DNA of 64,000 nucleotides. It comes from Octopus sinensis (lineage: Eukaryota). This document shows positions 25,744 through 38,100 of this stretch, in pieces. Below the pieces are notes generated by a model that worked only from the letters and a program-made list of their open reading frames with translations, was not told the DNA's origin and did no database searches. Positions within the stretch are counted from its first letter, which is position 1, and every line of letters begins with the position of its first letter. A program made the translations under genes and the position numbers. The DNA lies in NCBI RefSeq assembly GCF_006345805.1, contig NC_042997.1, positions 3,286,001 through 3,350,000 of the forward strand, given 5' to 3'.

Positions 25744-26470
25744 TTAACATACAACTAGCCCACTCCGGTCTCTCTCTGCGAAGACACCTAGCAAAGAAAC
25801 AAGCAAGGTACAATAATCAATGCACACAACGTAATCACTCAATCTGTGACACAGATATATACTAACGGGTAAATGTTCTATATGGAATACAGTGTAACAA
25901 ATGCAACAATTTCTATGTGAATAGCACAAAAGCACTGTTATATATTCGCATCAAGGAACATCTAAACACGTGAGCCTCCTCTTTCAGAAAACATCTAGAC
26001 AGATGACTGAACACCGACAAAAGCATAACAGTCAAAAGTCTGGCCAATGACAGAAATTTGGGAAATTTCAGAATTAAGGAAACTATCTTCATAGACAGAC
26101 TATGGTACATATTCACCACAGGCTGGAAATTAGCAATCAGTATATTATTTAGCCACATGTGGATGCATGCAAGTTCATTTCTGGTAACATGCTCATGTAT
26201 TATAAAAAAAATGCACGTATAATACGTAACTTAGAAGCAGCGCTGCGGATATGCCAACACGCACGAGCTTCAGACATTGCCCCCCACACACACACACACA
26301 CACGCATTTCTCATGAGGAATTCCGGAAGGGACTTCGTGAGACCACTACAGAGACGCTTCTGGAAAAAAAAAATGAGTAACCGTTGGAAAGCTGGTTATA
26401 GCAGTAACTCGATCAATTCCCAGGAATACCTGAAGAAGGAATTTTTATATTCCGAAATATCATATCGGAG
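25744..26470 (+). mobile_element. Penelope-like element P1, GIY-YIG half and 3' end
   Basis: One frame reads NIQLAHSGLSLRRHLAKK...VLYGIQCNKCNNFYVNST...IRIKEHL...FRKHL...NFRIKE with a few stops. It continues in frame from the RT half ending at 20051 and ends at a hammerhead. Confidence 0.8.
26424..26468 (+). ncRNA. Minimal type I hammerhead ribozyme at the Penelope 3' end
   Basis: GAAUAC CUGAAGA A GGAAU uuuuau AUUCC GAAA UAUC^AUAUCGG. The core is intact, stem II has 5 bp, stem III is the AUAU palindrome and the triplet is AUC. Stem I is weak (first pair C.A, then 3 bp). Confidence 0.75.
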
Positions 26471-28600
26471 TATGAATAATTAGATTCTAACAGCTATTGT
26501 AGTCCACGCTGCTTTGTTGTGTCATTCAAGACACGTGATATTTCACACACACACACAAACACACACGCACGCATATGTATGAAGTTACAGATTTCTGTGC
26601 TTAAACGATGGCCAGGAATCAAGAAAAACTGGCACAAGTTGAATCGATGAAAGCTTTGCAACATAACGTAGCATTGCATTTAAGGCGGAAGTGACAGTTA
26701 ATGGAGACACAATATCAAAAATACCACACTGAAACTTCCAAAAGCATGTAATGAACTGGAATACATTGATTAAATATCAAATATGTAGAGATTGGGGAAT
26801 AAATTTCTCGCACATTATCTCTCATTACAGAAAACAATGCACGTACATAAATAGCATATTTGTTGCTTCATAGTATAATACCAGTTATGCTGGTATTATG
26901 AACTTTCAATCGAAAATATATGTCATAAACAAAGCCGAGAAATTCTTGAACTAAAAGCACAGCTTACAATAGAGATAATCTCTGAATTATACAATCATGA
27001 TGGCTTTTAATGAGCAGCCTCACATTGGCTAGAGCAATATCGAAAACCAGAAAAATTCCATCGAGCATTACTCAGTCATCACCATCTCTTCCACATTCCA
27101 AACGGCACCAGAGAATTCATTCCATTACTGAAATGATTATTATTAAATTTACTAATCGCCCCTTTTCTTCCACTTCGCAATAGGTATGGATCTGCAAGAA
27201 GTAAACAGCGAGAATATTTTCCCTATTTAATGACGTCTTTGCTTCTAAAGTATAGTTGTGCACAATTGATAAATATTCTTCAACGATTTTCCTTTCAAAT
27301 CCTCAACACTCAAAATCCGACAAGTTGTATCTTCCCTTATTCTCAAACAAGTTCACTCAAATGTAACTTCTTTTCCCATCATATTCTTCAATGCCTGTCT
27401 CTTTCTTCCCTTCTCACACAGTTTAACTGTCTGTTTATCACTTCCTCACTCCCTTTTAATATATATCCAATTTTAGATTGAATTGCTTATTCTTTGTCAA
27501 GTATATTCCTCTCATCCGTAATTCCAAAATTTCAAGTACGATTTAGGGAACCATTAATAACTAGGTACGGCAAAACTTCAATATTGTTCTCTTCTTGAGG
27601 ATCTCATACACGGCTTTCGTAAACTCAGATCAAATTTAAGAAGTGTTGTCTCTGTATATGGCTCCTGTTTTCACCTCTCAGTAAAACGGCGTGCGCGGGA
27701 AGATTTATTTCAAACTCAGATTCTCCCATTCTCTGCAGCTTCATATCACTCTAGAACTTTAAGAGACCATCATAATTTATATTTTCATAACATAATTGTT
27801 GTTTAGAACATAATCATAATCGAGTTGCTATGGTATATCCTGGATTGCTTCGCTACGATACATAGGATTTTCACTCTCGTAGGCGTTGCTGTGGGAGTTG
27901 GATAAACATGTTAATTTATGAATACACTAACGTAAAGAGAATATAAAAAGGAAATTATGTAATACATATAATTATCTCATTAACTTTAATTTCTATAAAT
28001 CTTAACGGAGAACACCGAGTAAGATTTATGGCGTATATAAAATATACAAAATTCAGATTATTCCGAGATTTCGATTACAAAGAAGGCATTTAGTTATGAA
28101 AATTTCCATTGCTTTGATATTTAAAGGTTATAAAATTACAACAAATTCATAGAAACTACATAAAATATCTATTCATGCCCACACACACACACACAAACAC
28201 ATATGTATATATACACAATGATTACACTAGGTTACTTGGACACATACACACACACCCAATCCAATATGTATCAACATTCATGCGTACACAGACACATACA
28301 ACAGTACAGGTAACGCATATCAATCCACATAATGTAGGCACTGGGTCACATACACACATACACACAAATAAGTCTACATATGTTTCAGCTTGCCCACACA
28401 TTCATAATAACACACTCACCCCCATTCATACATACACACTCACACACCGTTCTCACAGTGCGCACGCGAAAGCAAATTGGTTTCAACCGGTCATCGTCAT
28501 TATTTCCCTTTCATTCAGCCCCTTTTTTTGGCTATTTGATCAGGTTGAACTGTGAACCCTACACATTTTTTTTCCTTCTCACTCCTTATTTTCCCTTTAA

Positions 28601-28641
28601 GTCCTTTCCGAAGAAGAGCGTAGGCTCGATCCACTAAAGAC
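28601..28641 (+). ncRNA. Degenerate hammerhead scaffold
   Basis: GUCCUUU CCGAAGA A GAGC guag GCUC GAUC CACU AAAGAC. Stems I and II and the spacing are retained, but the core is mutated (U4C, GAAA to GAUC). Confidence 0.45.
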
Positions 28642-28762
28642 TTTTCCATATTCTCCACGAGCGTTAAACTAATACACCTGCCTATTGTTCTTACACCTGT
28701 GTTCGTCTTTTATTTCCAGAAAACCTGAAGTATATATGTATACACACATACACACACACACG

Positions 28763-28796
<34 letters not shown>

Positions 28797-29119
28797 CATA
28801 TATATGTATATATATATATACATACATATAGAGATGCATATAGATACATAAATACATATATAGATATATAGGTGTGTGTGTGTACGTATGTGTGTGTGCG
28901 TGCTTGTGTACGTGTGTGTGTTCATATTTTGTGATAGTGTGTGTTTATGCGTGTGAATGTGTTGTAAGTGTGCCTATGTATTTATGCACACACAAAATAT
29001 ATTATTGCGAGTGTATATATATGTGTGTGTAGTTTGGAAAAAGAGACAGCTAGAAAGGTAAGTTTAGTTCTCACGTTATTCGTTTCATTTTAGTGAGCAC
29101 TTAAAAAAAAATATTTACC

Positions 29120-30150
29120 TATGTAATATGTATGTATGTATTATGTATGTATGTATGTATGTATGTATGTATGTATGTATGTATGTATATATGTATGTAT
29201 GTACGTATGTATGTATGCATGCATGTATGTATGTATGTATGCATGTATGTATGTATGTATATATATGTATATTCTCTTCTGGTTTTAATAATTTGAAATA
29301 TTTCTGCAAGGAATGATCTGATTTCTGACAAAGATAGAAGCTCCATTACTGGAATGTAGATATCAAAAACAAATTCCCATTTTGAAATGGAGAAATCGTG
29401 CATATTTCTGCTGTTCCGCTAACAGATTGTATTTGCAATATGCGAATTATTTGATTTTCTTTTTTTTTTTTTTATTCTTTCTGAAAACATCTTTTTATCT
29501 AGATTGTCACTTAGGCATCTACTCTCAAAACAAAGTGCACGAATTATTATTAGTATTATTTTACTTGCTTCCTGTTATTTGCCTGCGGCCATGCTGGTAC
29601 ATCGCCTTTAGTCGAGCAAATCGACCCTAGGAATTATTGTTTGTAAGCCTAGTACTTATTCTATCGCTCTCTTTTGCCGAATCGCTATATTACGGAGGCG
29701 TAAACACACCAGTATCAGTTGTCAAGCGATGTTGAGGAGACAAACACAGACACAGGGGAACACACGCACACACACACACACACACACCCACACACACACA
29801 CACACACATATATATATTTATACATATATAGTCTACAAAATCCACTAACAAGTCGTTGGTCGACATGAAGTTATCGTAGAAGACACTTGACCAGGGTGAC
29901 ACGCTATCGGACTCAACCCGGAACCATGTGGTTGGTAAGCAAGCTACTTACCACACACCCACTCTAATTTTTAATCTTGATATAAAAGCTGGAAATTTCG
30001 AAGCAGTGATCCGCAGTTATTATCTTGTATGTATGTATGTATGTATGTATGTATGTATGTATGTATGTATGTATGTATGTATGTATGTATGTATATATGT
30101 ATGTATATATGTATGTATGTATGTATGTATTTATGTATGTATGTATGTGT
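29120..30150. repeat. (TATG)n tetranucleotide tracts
   Basis: Visible at about 29120-29270 and 30026-30150. Confidence 0.95.
29559..29964 (-). mobile_element. tRNA-derived SINE with internal (CA)n
   Basis: Minus-strand head gtggtaagtagcttgcttaccaaccacatggttccgggttgagtcc; aligns with 60271-60683. Confidence 0.9.
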
Positions 30151-30592
30151 GTGTGTATGTATATCACTTCAGAGGTTAATGTATGTGCGGATAGATATTC
30201 CAGCCCTGAGCATTGACTATATATAATATATTACATCACGTAATGCCGCGACTAATATTGCGTAGCATAACGTATTTAACACCTGGTTATTCATTTTCAT
30301 ATTTCATATAAATCTAAAGTTTGAATCAGAAAAAGTTAACTCCAAGACATTTGCTGATCATATATCTCTTGACCAAATTTCAAGTTGTAGTATGAATGTA
30401 AAATATTATAGCACTTAAAGGCGAATACAAGAGACAACATCAAATTTTGCATTTTCATTGAGCTAACCAAATCCTTTTTGCTATCTTTCTTTTTTCTCTC
30501 TGTCTCTCTATGCTTCTCTCTCTCTCTATCTCTATCTGCCTTTCTAACCAACTATCTATCATAGTTCCAGCATAATTACTAATGGTGGTGAT

Positions 30593-30645
<53 letters not shown>

Positions 30646-30834
30646 TATATATATAAATATACATACAGTTACGAGGGATATTACAGCGTGGCTACCGTGG
30701 TAGCTCCCAGTCATATACCAGGTTACTGCTAACTGCATAGTATTTAACGTCTATGACTAATATTTCTCGTAACGTTGTAGATTCCTCCGATGGGTAATTC
30801 ATATACCTGTTATATTCTGTCGGTCGCTGATATA

Positions 30835-31040
30835 TCATCAGCATCATCATCATCATCATTGTTTAACGTCCATTTTCCATACTGGCATGGGTTGGGCGGT
30901 TTGATTTAGGTCTGGACAGCGAGCATCTGCACCAGGCTCCAATCTGATCTGGCAATATTTCTTCAGCTGGTTGCCCTTCATAACATTAACCACTCAAAGA
31001 GTGTATTGGGTGCTATTTACGTGCCACCAGCACAGGATCT
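30835..31040 (-). mobile_element. Retroposon 3' end with (GAT)n tail, RTE-type terminus
   Basis: Minus strand ends atggaaaatggacgttaaacaatgatgatgatgatg. The RTE-like assignment is from recall of such termini. Confidence 0.6.
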
Positions 31041-31159
31041 TATTCACGCGGGCCTGGCAGCGATCACGTATGTATGTATGTGTGTATGTATATCACTTCA
31101 GAGGTTAATGTATGTGCGCATAGATATCCCAGCCCTGAGCAGTGACTATGTATATTTCT

Positions 31160-32373
31160 CGAAGACCCGCTTAACTACCGACCAGTTTCCCTTACATCAA
31201 TAATCAGCAAGATGTTCGAAACCATCCTTAAGAAAATTATGATGCTCCACCTCCTAAACACAGCCTCTATCTCTGATTCCCAACACGGCTTCGTGCCGAA
31301 GAGATCATGCTTGACCAACTTACTAGTAATGGAAGAATTGGTGACGCGCATCCTCGATGATAGTGATGCTGTTGACATCGTTTTATTGGACTTTGCCAAA
31401 GCTTTTGACTCGGTAAACCACCGCCTATTACTTGTCAAGCTTCAAGCATATAGTTTCCATCCGGATATTGTACGATGGGTTGGTGCCTTCCTCTCAGATC
31501 GCTCCTTCCAAGTCCAAGTTAATGGTTCGCGGTCCGACATCTCCAGTGCGAGCAGTGGCGTGCCTCAAGTTTCAGTGCTTGGGCCCTTGTTGTTCTTAGT
31601 CTTCATAAATGACTTGCCCGACGACCTCACGCAACACACCCTTCTATTTGCCGACGATATCAAACTGGTCGCTCCTCGCGGTGATGTAGAGGATCTTCTT
31701 CGATGCCTCCACCAAATTTGGAAGTGGTCTAACGATTGGGACCTGTGTCTGATCGTGTCAATGTGCTGTCATCTGCCTGTCGGCTCTACTCCTGCAACTC
31801 AACTTGATTTCGAGCCGGGTCGTCTGCTGCTGGAGAGGACTGATCAGGTAAAGGACCTGGGTATCTTGGTGGATTCCTCCTTTTCGCCTTCGGCCCAGTG
31901 CGTCCATGCTGCCAACAAAGCACGCGGAATTCTGTTCTTGATTCGAAGGTCATTCGGAATGCTCACAGCAGCCATATTCCTACCACTCTATGTCACGCTG
32001 GTGAGACCCATATTGGAGTATGGGATTCAAGCCTCTTTTTCTTATCTCCTCAAAGACATACAGCATCTCGAAAGAGTCCAGAAGCTGGCTACCCGCATGG
32101 TTCATGGTCTCAAAAATTTGTCCTACGAAGAAAGGCTGAGGACGCTCGACCTTTATTCTCTTGAAAAACGCCGCCGCCGTGGTGATCTCATTCTCGCCCA
32201 CAACATAATAAGCGGAAAGTGTAACCTCTCGAAAGAGCTGTTCTTCACTCCTGCTCCAGAGCGTCGGCTGCGGGGTCATTCCGAAAAGCTCTACCTGCGA
32301 CGATTTCATCTCAATCGAAGGAGAGGAGCTTTCTCCGTCCGGGTTGCGGATCCGTGGAACAAGCTGCCAGACG
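31160..32373 (+). mobile_element. Internal RT fragment of the same CR1 family, truncated at both ends
   Basis: Matches 24370-25586 with roughly 25 substitutions and one 3-bp indel (by eye, ~98%). It has no 3' UTR or (AACT)n tail. Confidence 0.95.
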
Positions 32374-32509
32374 TCGTATGGAATTTCTACTCACGCCTTT
32401 TCTACAGATCGAGCAGCGCCGCCTACATGAATGGGGTTGTGATTTGAGAGCCTTCCTACTTACTATTATTTTGGTTTTCGCTAGGTTAACTCTAAGGCCC
32501 TTAAATTAC

Positions 32510-32683
32510 ACACACACACACGCACGCACACACACACACACACACACCACACACACACATATATATATATACATATATACATATAAATATATATATAAGT
32601 ATATAGACATATATGTATATATATATATATTCATATATATATTATATATATATTCATATATATATATTATATATATATTATAT

Positions 32684-32718
<35 letters not shown>

Positions 32719-33044
32719 GCATGTATATACATATATGTCTTTGTGTGTGTGTGTGAGAGAGAGAGGGATACAGAGATAGAGACAGAGACAGAGAGATGTA
32801 CACAATCACACACATACACACCAACACACACACTCATACACATAAACGAATGCGAGACTTTCCTACGCATTACGTAGACTCTAGATTCTAGAGACTGAGA
32901 TATGTTTGATAATTCTTGAATTTATGTTATACAATGTTCACTATACCTGTATTTGTCTATGTTTATTCAAATCCATACCCATGACGAGTTTGAGTTATTT
33001 ATCTCAGGTCATTTTTGTGTTTGTATGTATATGTGCTTCTATAC

Positions 33045-33102
<58 letters not shown>

Positions 33103-33124
33103 TATATGTATGTATGTATATATG

Positions 33125-33197
<73 letters not shown>

Positions 33198-33226
33198 ATG
33201 TATGTATATATATGTATATATATATA

Positions 33227-33270
<44 letters not shown>

Positions 33271-33291
33271 ATATGTATGTATATATATATG

Positions 33292-33341
<50 letters not shown>

Positions 33342-34044
33342 GTGCATACATATATTGATATCCGTATATGTATATACGTATACTTATACACATATATACA
33401 GGGTCACGCACACATATGTGCATATATACACACACATACGCGAACACGTATATATATTTTAGCAAAAACACCCATTAACGACTGGGTTGAAAAAACCTGT
33501 GAAACTTTTACTGTGAATATTGAAAGTTATTCACTTAATCACTATTGAACATATATCAAAAATGGCTGTTAACTTTCGAGTAGGAGTTACAGTCGTTTCC
33601 TTCCGGCAAATATCATCATAGGTGCATAAAATGATCTGACCTATGATCTCTAGTATTTCAGTCTATCAATGAAGGAAACATCACGCAGACATTCGCTTAT
33701 GTGTAGCACAAGGTAAATAACAATTGGGGGAAAACTGGAAACATATGTACTGTAATTTATTTAACTGAAGTACTACAACAAACAAAAATACATATAACGG
33801 GGTGAAATATATTGAGAAACATAAATACATGTATTATTCAGAAAGTCGAATAGGCTTCTCCCATAGTTTTTCAGTGCCAAAACATCGGTCCGGATGGAGG
33901 AGATGGAGTAAAAAAAGAATGAACTTCTGCAGGTTGAAATGTATATGTATAAATTTTGATAAGAGAATACCCATTTTCCAAAAATTTACGAGGAAAAAAT
34001 TCTGATCCTGTGAAATTTCCCAAACTCCCCTCCTCTCTCTCGAA

Positions 34045-34132
<88 letters not shown>
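32510..34132. repeat. (CA)n/(TA)n/(TATG)n microsatellite cluster
   Basis: Tracts at about 32510-32760, 33048-33345 and 34048-34132. Confidence 0.95.
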
Positions 34133-34139
<7 letters not shown>

Positions 34140-34354
34140 TTCAACCATTTTAACAAGCCAAGCATGACGAAGTGGGTATTAGTTTAATCCCAGGCAGCGA
34201 GACCTGCTTATGAGAACTAAGAGTAATATTCCAGAGTTCGAAATCACATGAAACGAGTATATACGTAAATTCATTTGCGTCGTTACGCCTCAGTAGTAGG
34301 TTGGCTTTTTTTCACTCCTCGATTTTGTCAGTTTATTAAATTTACAGTGATATT

Positions 34355-34427
34355 GTGGCTCATTTAAGTATTTTTCGACTCTTATTTCTTGCAATACCAA
34401 GATTTCGAGTTCGATTCCAGACCGTGA

Positions 34428-34488
<61 letters not shown>

Positions 34489-34491
34489 CAC

Positions 34492-34523
<32 letters not shown>

Positions 34524-34738
34524 GAAGAAGAAGAAGAAGAAGAACATCGACAAATACCTCAGGAATGAGAACCCAGGTTCAAGATTTCCCCAAGACACCT
34601 GATTAAGGCTAGAGGGTTTATCAGCCGAGACATTGAGTTGACTACAAACAAGACGAGGACAAATATACGTCAAATTAAAATAACGTAAATAATGTACATA
34701 ATGTACATAATTCCTCATCTATTAAATACGGAGCTGTA
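34355..34738 (+). mobile_element. Short element: B-box head + (AAT)n(AAG)n + hammerhead remnant (copy 1)
   Basis: gagttcgattcc at 34407, trinucleotide tract 34433-34541, then GACAC CUGAUUA A GGCUA..CAGCC GAGA CAUU GAGUU at 34594-34639. Aligns with 47953-48560 and 63790-63975. Confidence 0.7.
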
Positions 34739-34769
34739 TTTATATATAGTTATATATGTATATCGAGAG

Positions 34770-35150
34770 TAAGGGATACAGGGAGAGTGATAATAGAGTA
34801 TAGTGAAAGAGAAGGAGAAAGCAGGAGAGAAAAGTGTAAGAAATAGACAGCAGAATAGAGAGACAGAGTGAGAGAGAGGATGTGAGAGGGAGGACGTGAG
34901 AGAGTGGAGGTGAGAGGGAGGAGGTGAGAAAGAGGAGATGAGAGAGAGAGGAGGTGAGAGAGAGAGGAGGTGGGAGAGGGATGAGGTGAGAGAGTGGAGG
35001 AGGTGAGAGAGAGGAGGTGAGACATGGATGAGGTGAGAGAGAGAGGAGGTGAGAGAGAGGAGGTGAGAGAGAGGAGGAGGTGAGAGCGAGAGGATGTGAG
35101 AGAGAGAGGAGGTGAGACAGAGAGAGAGATAGAAAGAGAGAGTGAGATAC
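34770..35150 (+). repeat. Polypurine (GA-rich) low-complexity tract with gaggtgagagaga units
   Basis: Directly visible. Confidence 0.9.
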
Positions 35151-38100
35151 CAAACGATGCCGATGGATAAGAAACAATGTACATAGTTCTAAGTAAAGAA
35201 ACTCGATTTCAAGAGGAGGAATTCCATATGAATTACTGCTTAGTTTAGCTTGCAGCCGTCTCGTGTAAAGGATTTTTACGGTTCAGTTTGGGTTATCTTT
35301 GTCGGACGCATTCTTGTTTGCTCTAACTATTCGTCTACTGTTTATTTATCAATGCTTCTTCTATAACAATCTTGCATATTAGGATACCTGGAAGTTATAT
35401 TTGTAGGCACCGAACGATGTTAACATAACTCTGGTAGAATAATATAATATATTGATACAAAATTACAAATTCCTCAGTAAAATCAAGAAGAAATACAGAC
35501 GGAAAAAAGAATAATGCTTGGAAAATTTGGAAGAATTTGCTTCTGTATTGACAGCTAATAATTTATGAGTCAGAAAAAAAGCACTGTTTCCATAAAATCG
35601 TATACAAAAAAGCAAATGCAAAAACCACTCCCTGACAGAGGCTGTTAGTAAAAACTACTCCGTCGAAACTTTCGGTCTTGCCCCTCTCTCAAGTTCCTTC
35701 CCTCTTTCGCGCTCTCTCTCTCTCTCACGCACACATAGAAATACTCATACACGTACACTTATGTTCCTATACGCATTCATTTACAAGGCAAAAATAAATA
35801 CGCACAGCAACATAAACGTATATATAATGTATAAACAAGAGGGTAAAACTGATTGCTTAATGCTATAAAAAGTGAGAGCAAATTTATGGGAATAAAAATT
35901 GATAGAAATTATGATAGTATTCTGTCGCCGACTTTCTGACGATTGTGAATAATAAAACATAATATTTATTATCCAGAATGTATGCAGAAGTTATTCCATA
36001 TGGTAGCAAACGCTGCTTAGCTAAGAGGCTAGAAGTATAAGAGAAAGTGCAAATATATTTTAGACTAACAGGTTGTCAGAGAAATAAGAAATGTTTGAAA
36101 TATATATGTGTGTGCGTGTGTGTGTGTAGTATATTTTTTTTACTGTGACCAGAAATAAGCTTACTAAATATTGTGTATCTCATTTCATATACGCATGCAT
36201 ACAAATGTGTACATGTGTGTAGATGTTTGTGCGTACAAATCTACTGGTGTGCTTGTGTTTTGGCGTGAGAGAGTCACACAAATTATCCTCACTCTGATGC
36301 TTAGAACATTTTGCACAATTTGCCTTCGATAGGAAATTTATAAAAGAGGTATTATACAAAGAACTAGTTTCGATATAATAGCCAAAAACCTCAGAATATT
36401 CCTAACAAGGTTCCTACCGAAAAACTGAAACCAGAGCCATAAAAGAATCAAATAAAACTATGTACGTGTGTGTGATTGTGAGTGCGCTTCTGTGTGTGTG
36501 TTTGTGTGTGTTTAAATGTGTGCGTATATCTACATATATATTGTAACATATTAGACGCTGACACAGATATTATGAAAAGGAGACACACACTCTCATATGG
36601 AATTATAAAAACGGTAGTGTACGTACACAAGTGAGTTAGTATGGCTTTGTACTGTCTCTGTTTTGGGTGTGAGAATGTGTTTGCGTTTGTAGCCATTATA
36701 TTATTATGTACATAGATATTTCATCGTTATATGACTGGAATTCGCCTCGCTCTGAGTCTGAGCCAGCTTATTGATTTAGGAAATCTATATAAAAGCTATT
36801 TATGCTAGTCTTACCACACAAACTTAGTTTACGCTACAATCGACCAATCCGATGGTGTCTTTATTCATCTGATCATTCTACAGAATTGAGAAAAAAAATA
36901 GACATATTTCCATCTGAGATAGCACCACTAAATTGTCTGTTCGCCTCATTAGCAGCTGGGACAACGTGTGAATATTTTTGTGTGTCTACTGATTGTCCGT
37001 GTGTGTGTATATATATGTAATACACTCTCTTGTGTTATCCATTAAAGCGAATATATGCGAATGATATATCATCGGTAATGGTTGTTCTGACCTTGATTCT
37101 GAAGGCATACACTTGTACCGCTCCGTATGTCAGCCGGTATGTCAATTTATCTCTGCCTACTTAAATGTGTGTATGTGTGAGTATGTGTGTATGTATTCAT
37201 GCATGTATGAACGTATATATGTTTGTAAGCTTGTAAGTATGCATATATACATATATGCATAGAAAAACACACACATATACACACAGATGTGAGCACATAC
37301 TTACATACATACAAACATACACACACATTTTTATGCCGAGTGAATGTATATTAATATGTATGTTTATATGTATGTATGTGTATGGGTGTATGTACGTATG
37401 CGTCTATGCATGTATGTAATTGGTTCAACTTGCTGAACCGTGAGCATCTTGGACTTCGGTCTTGAAGATTATTGTCAATTATTTTATCAACTGCTTAAGA
37501 ATGAATCCCTAAATCGATACAAGTTGTATTTATTATACTGAGCGTATAAAGGGACGTAACCGAATACGGCTGTAGAAATTGATATATAATCTGCTGAACC
37601 GATGCGCTACCAGTGGACACATTAGATAACGAATATTACATGTGTCTGTGCCCATTTGAATGCATGCGTGTATTTAAGTAAATGTGTGTGTAAATGTTTG
37701 TGTGTGTATGTGATTGTCTGTGTGTGCGTGTTTGTGCTTATGCGTTTATGCAGATGTTTGTATGCTTGAATGTGCGTTCATATAATGATATAGATAAATA
37801 CACGGACGTAAATCGCTTAATGGCGTCGTATTCTATCAACGTGTTTCTGAATGCTTTCTTATGTCTTGGTGAATTGTTCCTCTTGAATAATTTCATTGAT
37901 CAAATTTTGATAACCGATAGAACAGATTTCAATTAAATTGTTCTATATATGCGTAAGCACAAACACCCACACACGCACACACTCGCACAAACAGACATAA
38001 CTTTAGGCAAAATATGTAGTATTATGGCTAGTTTAATTTATAGATGAATGTTTACGAGATCGGTTCAGGGAAATTCCTATAAAACTTCACCCAATGTGAT

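Noticed and set aside
35630-35680. CUGACAGAGG...GUCGAAAC
   Set aside because: Best pairing uses the would-be core itself, which is incompatible with hammerhead topology.
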